58,727 nt of DNA from a virus (Duplodnaviria > Caudoviricetes). The stretch is from IMG/VR virus record IMGVR_UViG_3300032287_001165, positions 1 to 58,727 of that record. One strand, 5' to 3'. Below are positions 25,197 through 33,613 of this stretch, piece after piece (position 1 is the first letter of the stretch; each line of letters starts with the position of its first letter). The position numbers were made by a program, and so were the translations under genes. A model generated the notes under the pieces. That model saw nothing but the letters and a program-made list of their open reading frames with translations, was not told the origin of the DNA and did not search any database.

Positions 25197-25817
25197 ATGA
25201 ATCAAATCACTCAACCAGAAGCACAAGCGTTGGAACAAGCAACCGAAGCACCACGCGAGGTATCACAACCCAAGCAAACACTTATCCACACACTACTCCA
25301 CGCAATCAATGAGCACATCGACACGCAGGTCAACGAGAAAGTCAGCGCCGTCCTGCAAGCTCATGGTACTGTGAAGTACATCGACGAGTCGTTCAGGGAG
25401 TCAATACATGACATCGCAACCTTTGTAGTCAGTACCCACATCGATGACGAAGACCATGTCAACGAGGACAGAGTCAAGGAAATCATGGATGACATGATTA
25501 CCGAGCAAGTACGCAGAGAGATGCGTGACACAGACATCAGTGACCAGATACACGACGCAATCACTGACTATGACTTCGATGACAAGTTTGATGCGTACGA
25601 TGTTGACGACAAGATTGAGATGTACCTAGACAGCAACGACTACCCTGACGCAGACCGCGTGGAGGAAATGATTACTGAAACTGTGGAGGAAATGCTTGAC
25701 AAGAAACTGAAGGAGGCATTGAACAAAGTGATAGACGAGTATGTTGAGAAAGCAATACACAAAGAAATGGAGGAGTGGAATGTACGAGTCGTATGGGACA
25801 GAAATCGTGGAATTTGA
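25197..25817 (+). CDS. Highly acidic helical protein
   Basis: AAAGGA RBS, start MNQIT at 25197; D/E-rich C-terminal half. Confidence 0.75.
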   Translation: MNQITQPEAQALEQATEAPREVSQPKQTLIHTLLHAINEHIDTQVNEKVSAVLQAHGTVKYIDESFRESIHDIATFVVSTHIDDEDHVNEDRVKEIMDDMITEQVRREMRDTDISDQIHDAITDYDFDDKFDAYDVDDKIEMYLDSNDYPDADRVEEMITETVEEMLDKKLKEALNKVIDEYVEKAIHKEMEEWNVRVVWDRNRGI

Positions 25818-26451
25818 AGACCTCAACCAACGCGCAAAGGACAACGCCATACACCTGTATGGCGAACCACCTGACGATTGGTGGGATTGTGTGTACGACC
25901 GCTTCAAAGAAGAGGGCTGCGTTAAAGGTTTCTACATTGATGAGATTCAATTCAGCGGGTTCTCTTCTCAGGGCGATGGTGCTTCGTGGACAGGGCGTGT
26001 GCATCTCATGCCTTTCATTGAGCACTTCGTCACGCACGAACACCCAGAGTTTTCAAGGTACACAGTACTGGTGGAACTACTGAGAAACGATTGGGTTGAC
26101 CCAACGATGGGCGTGTCACGCAAGTCGTTCTACTACAACCACTCAGGGACGATGAGCTATGACTCAATCAAATGCTTTGCGTCTCTGGGTGAGGACAACG
26201 GCGATGTCTTGGACAAAGGCATCTTGCAAGGTGCGTCAGTGGCTGAGTTAGACCAAGCAATCGACACCGAACGCTTGGTATGCGAGCTTGAAGAGTTTGC
26301 GATTAGTCGGGCAAAAGAATACGCCGATGAAATCTACAAAGCTCTGAGAGAAGAGTATGAGGTCTACACAAGTGAAGAGTACTTCAAAGAACTCATATAC
26401 CTCAATGGCTGGAGATTCAACAACAAAGGGGAGATGCAAGATGGGGTATAG
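25780..26451 (+). CDS. Mobile-element family protein (FSGFxSQGDGA motif)
   Basis: GGAGG RBS; motif recalled from plasmid/phage proteins often labelled 'antitoxin of TA stability system'. Confidence 0.65.
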   Translation: MYESYGTEIVEFEDLNQRAKDNAIHLYGEPPDDWWDCVYDRFKEEGCVKGFYIDEIQFSGFSSQGDGASWTGRVHLMPFIEHFVTHEHPEFSRYTVLVELLRNDWVDPTMGVSRKSFYYNHSGTMSYDSIKCFASLGEDNGDVLDKGILQGASVAELDQAIDTERLVCELEEFAISRAKEYADEIYKALREEYEVYTSEEYFKELIYLNGWRFNNKGEMQDGV

Positions 26452-26830
26452 GTCAGATGTAGCGTATGTCATACGCTTTGAAACAGCAGAGCAACGAGAC
26501 ACATTCGTTGAGTTGGTCAAGCATCGCAACGATGCTATGTCAGAGGCAATCAAAGAATGCGAGACAAGGTATGAGCAACCAATCATCACATTCGAGGTAG
26601 AGGATGTGAAGTGGTACTCAGACTTCGACGATGTGAAAGCACACAACGCAATTCTGGATTGGTCAATCGAGCTTTATCCAGAGGCAGCCTATCGCATCGT
26701 TCAAATGGGTGAGGATGGGCAAGAGGAGTCAAACCAAGACGGTGATGCAGACGACATTTGGGACTACATCTACACATCGCACTCACTCAACACCGAGTTC
26801 CCCGCAATCAAATCAACCACAGAGGAGTAA
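26441..26830 (+). CDS. Conserved phage protein (MGYRSDV...)
   Basis: GGAG RBS; acidic; common phage N-terminus. Confidence 0.7.
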   Translation: MGYRSDVAYVIRFETAEQRDTFVELVKHRNDAMSEAIKECETRYEQPIITFEVEDVKWYSDFDDVKAHNAILDWSIELYPEAAYRIVQMGEDGQEESNQDGDADDIWDYIYTSHSLNTEFPAIKSTTEE

Positions 26831-26835
26831 GCAAC

Positions 26836-27792
26836 ATGTTTGGAAACACAACAAGACATATGCCTTATGTACGCACATACGCAGAGGCAGAAGAGCAATT
26901 CAACAAGCGCGGTGCAGTGCGTAGTGCTAAGTGGGCACCGAACGAACGCCCCATCTACAAGACCTACCACCACTATCGTGTGGTAAAGCACGCTGAGTAC
27001 TACGACATCATGCTGTACCGCACAGTGATGGCAAGGTACTTCACACCGCAGACCATTGACGGCAAGCTACATGAACGCTGTCTGTACATGGGCGACCAGT
27101 CCATAACAAGCAGAGACTTTATGTACCATGTGTTGGGTGTGGAGAGAGGGCTTAGAGAAGTCATGCCTGATGGAACAAAGGTGATAGCACCCATCTATCA
27201 CAGGTCGTCGCTACACCACGACGGCGAGTCATTCAGTGCCGACTACCTGTATGTGGATGGCGTGTTGGATACCAGCAAGTCAGTGCACACAAGACACTAC
27301 CGCAAAGTATCAAGCAAAGACGACAAAGCACAGCGTGCTGAGATGGTCAAGCGGTTCGAGCCGTACATCATGCTGGCGCAGATGCGGATGCCTGAGTTTC
27401 ACAACAACACATCCATCGACTACCGCGCAGGGCGACCATTCGGTGGTGGCAACGAAAGCAAGTATCGTGATGCGATAAGCGATATGGCTGGGGGTAGCAC
27501 TGAGCAGACAGACATCAATCACTTCTTTGAGCTGTGCGAAGACGCGTACACCACGCTCGTATCCAAGCGGGCATACAACCAGCGCAGCTTCAACATGGGG
27601 ACTTACAGGAACCCCGACACTGACCCCATCGACAAGCTGGAGAAACAGGTAACCCCATCAGAGTTTCGTACCGCCATCGTCGGGCGCATCAATAGACTGA
27701 CAGGTGCAAACGAACGCACCGAGTTGGTAGAGATTCCACAATTCGTTGTGGAGAGTGATTACCCCCGCACAAACATCGTGCTCAAAGGGTAA
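26836..27792 (+). CDS. Hypothetical protein
   Basis: GAGGAG RBS supports start 26836. Confidence 0.75.
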   Translation: MFGNTTRHMPYVRTYAEAEEQFNKRGAVRSAKWAPNERPIYKTYHHYRVVKHAEYYDIMLYRTVMARYFTPQTIDGKLHERCLYMGDQSITSRDFMYHVLGVERGLREVMPDGTKVIAPIYHRSSLHHDGESFSADYLYVDGVLDTSKSVHTRHYRKVSSKDDKAQRAEMVKRFEPYIMLAQMRMPEFHNNTSIDYRAGRPFGGGNESKYRDAISDMAGGSTEQTDINHFFELCEDAYTTLVSKRAYNQRSFNMGTYRNPDTDPIDKLEKQVTPSEFRTAIVGRINRLTGANERTELVEIPQFVVESDYPRTNIVLKG

Positions 27793-27810
27793 TCCCTAGT
27801 ACTGTCAGAG

Positions 27811-27841
27811 CTGTCAAAGCTTTGACAGATTGTGTTATAGT
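27811..27841 (+). promoter_or_regulatory. Perfect 18-bp palindrome CTGTCAAAGCTTTGACAG next to extended -10 TGTTATAGT
   Basis: Intergenic, upstream of the vWA/AAA operon. Confidence 0.6.
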
Positions 27842-27867
27842 GTTAAACATTAAACAGGAGAAAACAA

Positions 27868-29064
27868 ATGAGCTTTGAGAAGATGACACTCAACCAGCGC
27901 ATACAAGCGGTCAACATAGACTGCATGCGCCATCCAAAGTTTGCACTGCTAAGCGGTGTGATATGTATGGGCAAGTCTGAGGTATCAGACAGCGTACCTA
28001 CTGCATCAACCAATGGGCGTGACAAGAAGTATGGGTCAACATTCATCGCGCCACTCAACCGCAAGCAACTACGCTACCTTGTACTGCATGAGAACTTCCA
28101 TGTGGCACTCAAGCACTGCGTGTTGTATCGCGCTGAGGTCAAGCGCATGCCTAAGCTATCCAACATAGCACAGGACTATGTGGTCAACGCACTCATCGAA
28201 GAGCTTGACCCTGACTTCACATTCGTCGAACGACCAACGCAGACCCTGTTGATTGACCGCAAGTATTTCGGTTGGTCTTTCCCTCAGGTGATGAACGACC
28301 TCATCAAACAGGGGCGCAAGGAACCTGAGGAAGGTGATGGGGGTAACAATGAAGACCACGGGTATGACGAACCCATCGACGCGCATGAGGATGGTGAGTT
28401 TGCTGACGACGACAAAGAGAAGCTAAGCAAACAGATTGACGATGCCAATCGTCAAGGCGAGATGCTTGCTCGCAAGCTTGCGGGTAAGGGCAGTGCGGGG
28501 CGTGACATCTTTGGCAATGCCAAGGAACGCATGACTAACTGGATACCATCCATGCAAGACTGGATAACCGCTGTGTCCCAAGGCGATGACAACTCACGCT
28601 TTTGTCCTCCCAACAAACGACTGCTTGCATCTGGCTACCTCATGCCGTCGCACTTCACCGAGTCAGTCGGCGAGTTGATACTTGCACCCGACACATCAGG
28701 TTCTATGTATCCGCACTATCGTTTACTCTTTGGTGAAATCTCTCGCATCTGTCAGCTAGTCAAGCCCGAGACTGTTCGCATCTTGTGGTGGGATGACGCT
28801 GTGTGCGGCGAGCAAGTATTCAAACCAAATGAATATGAACTGATTGCATCTCTCTTGCAACCCAAGGGTGGCGGTGGCACAACTCCGCAAGTTGTTGTCG
28901 ACTACATCCGCGAGAACAAGATAGATGCCAAAGCAATCGTATGGCTGACCGATGGATACCTCGGTTGCGATACGCCTAGCACCCCGATGCCGTCACTGTG
29001 GGGTGTGGTGGACAACGACTCGTTCGTTCCCACTCACGGCAAGGTCTTGCATATCACTCTTTAA
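27868..29064 (+). CDS. Metallopeptidase + vWA-like protein (DUF2201 type)
   Basis: HENFH (HExxH), DTSGS MIDAS, GGGGT, LTDG. Confidence 0.85.
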   Translation: MSFEKMTLNQRIQAVNIDCMRHPKFALLSGVICMGKSEVSDSVPTASTNGRDKKYGSTFIAPLNRKQLRYLVLHENFHVALKHCVLYRAEVKRMPKLSNIAQDYVVNALIEELDPDFTFVERPTQTLLIDRKYFGWSFPQVMNDLIKQGRKEPEEGDGGNNEDHGYDEPIDAHEDGEFADDDKEKLSKQIDDANRQGEMLARKLAGKGSAGRDIFGNAKERMTNWIPSMQDWITAVSQGDDNSRFCPPNKRLLASGYLMPSHFTESVGELILAPDTSGSMYPHYRLLFGEISRICQLVKPETVRILWWDDAVCGEQVFKPNEYELIASLLQPKGGGGTTPQVVVDYIRENKIDAKAIVWLTDGYLGCDTPSTPMPSLWGVVDNDSFVPTHGKVLHITL

Positions 29065-29085
29065 TCAACACAAAGGAAAGCAATC

Positions 29086-30210
29086 ATGAATCAATATCTC
29101 TCTTCTTCACAAGTCATTGACCTCATCTCTGCTGTGGGTCACAAGCGCACCATCATCGTCGAGGGTGAGAACGGCATCGGCAAGACCGCGCTGTTCCATC
29201 AGCTCAAGCGTCTGCCCAAGTTTGCCAATCACATTGCCGTTGACCCCATCGACTGCACTCAGTTGTCCGATGGCTCGGTGTGGATGCCTGACCTTGACCG
29301 CGAGAACGGCATATCGCGTGAGCTTCCCAATGAACGCTTCGGTGTATCGAAGAACAATCAACGCGGTGTCAATGGTGGCAAGCCTGTGCTTATCGCACTC
29401 GACGAGATTGCCAAAGCACCGCAGTTCATCAAGAATGTTCTTGCACCTATCGTGTACGAACGCCGTATCGGCAACTACCACATGGTTGAGGGTAGCAGTG
29501 TCGTGTGCTTTACCAACCTATCTATCGAGGGTCTAGGGGACTCCATTCAAGCTCACTTGCGTAATCGTCTTGTGTTCGTCAAGATGCGTAAGCCGACTGC
29601 GGTCGAGTGGGTGCGTTGGGCTACCGATGCGGGTATCAATCCTATGGTCATTGCATTCGTTGACAACAACCCGATGGTGATGGACTCGTTCCTCGACTAC
29701 GAGAAGGGTGGCAAGTATGAGGGCAAGACACTTTCCAAGGACAACGGACACATCTACAACCCCAAGTCCACACAGCTCGCATACGCAACGCCTCGTTCGT
29801 TGACTGCCGCTGGTGACATCTTGGATGAAGGCATGCACGTACTCGACGACGACACACTTGAGCAAGCACTCATCGGTACTGTCGGTGTCGTTACTGCTGA
29901 GGCGATGGCATCGTTCGTTCGTTTCGGTCGTGACATCTGTGACTATGCACGCGTCATCGCTGACCCTGCTAAAGCACCGCTGTCCGACAACCCCACTGCA
30001 CAGTTGATTCAAGTCTTTCAGTTTGTGTCTCGCGCACAGACAAGAGAAGAAGCAGCAGCAGTCACTGAGTATGTATGGCGCATGCGTGCAGAGATGCAAT
30101 CAATCTTCTGCAACACAGTGTCCACATCTCAGCGTGTAGGCGTGTTCGTTACCAACACTAACTTCGGCAAGATGTTGGCTGAGCACAAAATCTTTTTCGG
30201 CACTAAGTAA
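29086..30210 (+). CDS. MoxR-like AAA+ ATPase
   Basis: GENGIGKT, IALDE, LRNR finger, TPRS. Confidence 0.85.
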   Translation: MNQYLSSSQVIDLISAVGHKRTIIVEGENGIGKTALFHQLKRLPKFANHIAVDPIDCTQLSDGSVWMPDLDRENGISRELPNERFGVSKNNQRGVNGGKPVLIALDEIAKAPQFIKNVLAPIVYERRIGNYHMVEGSSVVCFTNLSIEGLGDSIQAHLRNRLVFVKMRKPTAVEWVRWATDAGINPMVIAFVDNNPMVMDSFLDYEKGGKYEGKTLSKDNGHIYNPKSTQLAYATPRSLTAAGDILDEGMHVLDDDTLEQALIGTVGVVTAEAMASFVRFGRDICDYARVIADPAKAPLSDNPTAQLIQVFQFVSRAQTREEAAAVTEYVWRMRAEMQSIFCNTVSTSQRVGVFVTNTNFGKMLAEHKIFFGTK

Positions 30211-30230
30211 TCAACCAAAGGAAACCAACC

Positions 30231-31118
30231 ATGAATACAAACACATCTTCCCGTTACAACATCGACACATGCGCGATGCTTGTTGAATTCAACGCATCAG
30301 TGTGGACAGCTCGCAAGCTGGACAAGACAACAACCGATGAGGTTGTAGCAACCAAGCATGCCGCCGCGAAAGATGCGGCTCGCGTCAACAAGCACCTGCT
30401 TGCAGGTCGCACAGAGCTGGAGGTTATTCAGCAAGCTGTTGGTCGTGCGCGTCAATATGTTTACGACAAGACATCGCCTTGGTCTGACTCAGGCTTGCGC
30501 TTGTTGCCCAACATATCGTTCATGTCTTTCACAGAGAAGCTTGATGACTTCGAGCATGAGTTCACTGCGTTGGTCAAGTCGTTCGTGACAATCTATCCAT
30601 CGTTGATTACCGCACAGGCGATGGCGTTGGGTGACATGTTCAAGAGAGATGACTACCCAAGCGCGAATGAAATCATGACCAAGTTCTCGTTCCGCGTGAA
30701 CTACATGCCCGTGCCCACATCGGGTGACTTCCGCGTAGATGTAGGCAATGCCGCACAAGCTGAGTTGAAAGCACGACTGGACAAGCTGACACAGGAACGC
30801 ATTGACAACGCGATGGCAGATGTACGCGAACGCCTCAGTGCCCACCTCAAACGCATGTCAGACAGGCTGACCACTGACTATGTGCAAGGTGAAGCTAAGC
30901 CCCGCCGTTTCCACGACACGTTGGTGGAAGGTGCGCTTGAGTTGTGTGACCTGACCAAGGCACTCAACATTGTGAACGACCCCGCGTTGGAGACAGCGCG
31001 TCGTGACCTCGAACAAGTACTGGTTGGTGTCACGCCAACTGAGTTGCGTAAGAACGAGGCGGTGCGTCAAGATGTCAAGAAGAATGTTGACGCAATCTTA
31101 AGTAAGTTCAGTTTCTAA
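30231..31118 (+). CDS. DUF3150-like protein
   Basis: VWTARKLD...K.L...PW...G.RLLP...DYP..F pattern; usual partner of AAA/vWA pair. Confidence 0.6.
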   Translation: MNTNTSSRYNIDTCAMLVEFNASVWTARKLDKTTTDEVVATKHAAAKDAARVNKHLLAGRTELEVIQQAVGRARQYVYDKTSPWSDSGLRLLPNISFMSFTEKLDDFEHEFTALVKSFVTIYPSLITAQAMALGDMFKRDDYPSANEIMTKFSFRVNYMPVPTSGDFRVDVGNAAQAELKARLDKLTQERIDNAMADVRERLSAHLKRMSDRLTTDYVQGEAKPRRFHDTLVEGALELCDLTKALNIVNDPALETARRDLEQVLVGVTPTELRKNEAVRQDVKKNVDAILSKFSF

Positions 31119-31133
31119 GAGGAGGGAACACTC

Positions 31134-31655
31134 ATGCCTGATTTAAAGACCGCGCTTACCACAGCGCTTTCATCGTGGGAACAAGACGACCAGAAAATTC
31201 AACAGGAGAAGAAATTGCCAAAACATATATTCACACCAACCAACAATGTGACGCAAGAGACATTCAACTATGTCAAAAACAACCCAAACAAGAACAGTGG
31301 TGAGATACGCGCCGCGCTTGTTGCGCGGGGGTTCAATGATGGGTCAGTAGGTTCTCTCATCACACAGTTCACAAAGCAAGGGCAGTTTGTGAAAGACCAC
31401 AATGGCAAGTACAAAACCATCGCGTCAACATACACCCCACTGAAATCATCCAAGCACTTTAGGGTAGAGGGTAAGACCAAAGTCAAAACAAAGGTGCCAT
31501 CAGTTAAGACAAAGCCACGCAGTGAAGGCATTGCCGCGCTGGCACCTCAAGTTACAGCAACAACTCAGTGGGATGCAGACACCATCATCAACAATATTGG
31601 CTTGAAACAGGCGCGAGCTTTGTATGATGAGCTGAAGAAGCTGTTCGGAGGTTGA
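31134..31655 (+). CDS. Putative winged-helix DNA-binding protein
   Basis: Central TFNYVKNNP...EIRAAL...SLITQF..QG pattern; GAGG RBS. Confidence 0.55.
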   Translation: MPDLKTALTTALSSWEQDDQKIQQEKKLPKHIFTPTNNVTQETFNYVKNNPNKNSGEIRAALVARGFNDGSVGSLITQFTKQGQFVKDHNGKYKTIASTYTPLKSSKHFRVEGKTKVKTKVPSVKTKPRSEGIAALAPQVTATTQWDADTIINNIGLKQARALYDELKKLFGG

Positions 31656-31657
31656 CC

Positions 31658-31777
31658 ATGTGGGATGTACTGGTGACGGTAATTTTGATGGGCTTCGGTG
31701 CGCTGATGGTTGTCGTCATCGGTGCATTTTTCATTGCGGCAATTTTTTATGTACAGAACGGGGGCAAGGATGATTGA
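31658..31777 (+). CDS. Small membrane protein, 39 aa
   Basis: GGAGG RBS; MWDVLVTVILMGFGALMVVVIGAFFIAAIFYVQNGGKDD. Confidence 0.65.
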   Translation: MWDVLVTVILMGFGALMVVVIGAFFIAAIFYVQNGGKDD

Positions 31778-31985
31778 GCCAACAACACCTGACGAAGACG
31801 AAGCGTTTAACGAGTTGGAACGCATCAGCAAAGTCAGACAAGAAATCATCAGAAGACAGATGGAGCCACCACAAGCACGCAATCAAGTCATCGAAGAAGT
31901 GGCACAACATATTGAGAAGCTGACAGGTTTCGGTAACGACACCATCAGTTCGTTTGCAATCTATATCAGGGGGATGAAGCGATGA
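31770..31985 (+). CDS. Hypothetical protein (MIEPTTPDEDEAF...)
   Basis: Coupled start; RNQVIEEVA...SFAIYIRGMK motif. Confidence 0.65.
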   Translation: MIEPTTPDEDEAFNELERISKVRQEIIRRQMEPPQARNQVIEEVAQHIEKLTGFGNDTISSFAIYIRGMKR

Positions 31986-32203
31986 GCTTCAGAGAATCAA
32001 CAATCAAATACATCAAAGATGTAATGCGAGCAAGAACCATACATGAGGTCATTGCCAAAGAGTTGCACGAAGCACACCTACGCAAGTTGGAAGCTGAGAC
32101 TGCGGCTGAGTATGCGTATGCGGCTATCCAATACAACGAGCAACGCATTGCTCGGTTGACTGCACGACTGACTGAGCATACGGAGGAGGGGGACTACGCA
32201 TGA
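31982..32203 (+). CDS. Hypothetical coiled-coil protein
   Basis: ATGA overlaps. Confidence 0.7.
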   Translation: MSFRESTIKYIKDVMRARTIHEVIAKELHEAHLRKLEAETAAEYAYAAIQYNEQRIARLTARLTEHTEEGDYA

Positions 32204-32412
32204 TTGACCGACTCATTCTCAGCGCAGTGTTGACCACAGTGGGGTTCAATGGTTTATTCCCTGACCCACCACCGCCACCCGCACCGCTGACGCTGAAACA
32301 AAAAGCAAAGATGAAGTCAATCAGTGGCGTATGCGAACGCAAGCGCGGGCAGAAACAAAGTGAAAACGTGAAACGTATGTGCAAACGATGGAAGGAACAA
32401 CAAAATGCTTGA
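32200..32412 (+). CDS. Small protein with hydrophobic N-terminus and poly-Pro
   Basis: GGAGG RBS; ATGA overlap. Confidence 0.65.
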   Translation: MIDRLILSAVLTTVGFNGLFPDPPPPPAPLTLKQKAKMKSISGVCERKRGQKQSENVKRMCKRWKEQQNA

Positions 32413-32572
32413 AGCAATCAGAACATTCTTTGGTAAAGTGCGCGGCTCACATGGTGAGCGCAAGACAATCGTTGAGCAGGGGTTGGTGTACAGATGCACT
32501 AGCTGCAATTTAATTTTCTTAACAAGAACCGCAGGGGAACAACATCAATGCCAAGACCCAAGACTGAACTGA
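32405..32572 (+). CDS. Small Zn-finger protein, 55 aa (YRCTSC...HQC)
   Basis: AAGGA RBS; hand translation. Confidence 0.6.
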   Translation: MLEAIRTFFGKVRGSHGERKTIVEQGLVYRCTSCNLIFLTRTAGEQHQCQDPRLN

Positions 32573-32709
32573 CGACCAACCCAAAGATTGTTGGGGCGCG
32601 GTTAACACAAGAGCTGTTCAAAGAATGGCGCAAGCTTGGCGGGGCAGTGTGGTTACGCAAGTATCTGGAAGAACACAAACAACGACGGGAAAAAACAAAC
32701 AAAGGCTAA
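32548..32709 (+). CDS. Ribbon-helix-helix-like protein, 53 aa
   Basis: MPRPK...VGARLT..LFKEWRKLGGAVWLRKYL. Confidence 0.6.
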   Translation: MPRPKTELTTNPKIVGARLTQELFKEWRKLGGAVWLRKYLEEHKQRREKTNKG

Positions 32710-32858
32710 GCGCGTATTTCAATTGTGGCGGGTGTAAGCCTAGTAGATGTGACCACATCGCCACGGACAACAGCAACGCTTAGCCTTGGGAAGAAGCTGT
32801 TGTTCGGCTTTCCGACCGTGAACCGAGGGGGCGCGGAATCTACTTGACCCCCTCACCA
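32704..32858 (+). ncRNA. Putative structured, pseudoknotted ncRNA
   Basis: At least six complementary segment pairs in 155 nt of essentially non-coding sequence. Confidence 0.5.
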
Positions 32859-32874
32859 ATTCAAAGGAAACTGT

Positions 32875-33159
32875 ATGGCATCGACACCGGAAGTAAAAGT
32901 AAAAAAGCAAATCCGAAAACTGTTGGATGAGCTGGGCGTGTACTACGCCATGCCCATCGGCACGGGCTACGGCAACTCAGGGGTGCCAGACTTTCTGGTA
33001 TGCGCCAATGGTAGGTTTATTGGCGTGGAAGCAAAGGCGGGGAAGAACAAACCGACCTTGTTACAAGAAGAACATATGCGCCGCATAAGAAGCGCAGGGG
33101 GAGTGGCAATGGTGGTGAACGAAGACAACATAAACGAATTGAGAAAGGTACTGACATGA
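32875..33159 (+). CDS. VRR-NUC nuclease
   Basis: PE..VK...GVPDF...FIGVEAK...PT.LQ. Confidence 0.9.
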   Translation: MASTPEVKVKKQIRKLLDELGVYYAMPIGTGYGNSGVPDFLVCANGRFIGVEAKAGKNKPTLLQEEHMRRIRSAGGVAMVVNEDNINELRKVLT

Positions 33160-33425
33160 AAGACGAAGATACTTTAGAAGCGCGGTTGGCGCTGATGGAT
33201 GACGATGAGAAGACGCACTTCAAGATGGCAGTCCTTGCCCTTGTCACGTGCTACGGCCCTGACCCAAACCAAGCGGTGCTGATGATTAAAAACAAAGGCG
33301 AGCTGTCACGACTTACCACAATGAACTGTGATGAGATGGAGGCAGCAGAGATATTGTTGGAAGTCAACAGTTTTTTCGGATTCTTAAACACTATCGACGC
33401 ACCCCCTAAAGAGGCATTCAATTGA
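33156..33425 (+). CDS. Hypothetical protein
   Basis: ATGA overlap; 89 aa. Confidence 0.7.
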   Translation: MKDEDTLEARLALMDDDEKTHFKMAVLALVTCYGPDPNQAVLMIKNKGELSRLTTMNCDEMEAAEILLEVNSFFGFLNTIDAPPKEAFN

Positions 33426-33613
33426 GCACACAAATCAGCAGAAAAAGAATCGTGGAACTTATGCACGAATCAACAGAAGAACCCTACCAGTTTGATGACG
33501 GTTGGATTGCCCGATTCATGGGGCGGCTACAACAAGAAGACCCAAAGCTCGCTGCCGCTGTGGTGCGGGAAGCAGATAAAAAACTGAAGGAACTCGATGA
33601 CAAAACCATTTGA
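33422..33613 (+). CDS. Hypothetical protein
   Basis: TTG start overlapping previous stop; GAGG RBS. Confidence 0.55.
   Translation: MSTQISRKRIVELMHESTEEPYQFDDGWIARFMGRLQQEDPKLAAAVVREADKKLKELDDKTI

Noticed and set aside
32780-32858. tRNA gene (ends in ACCA)
   Set aside because: No TTC T-loop, D-arm or anticodon arm; the terminal stem is a local hairpin
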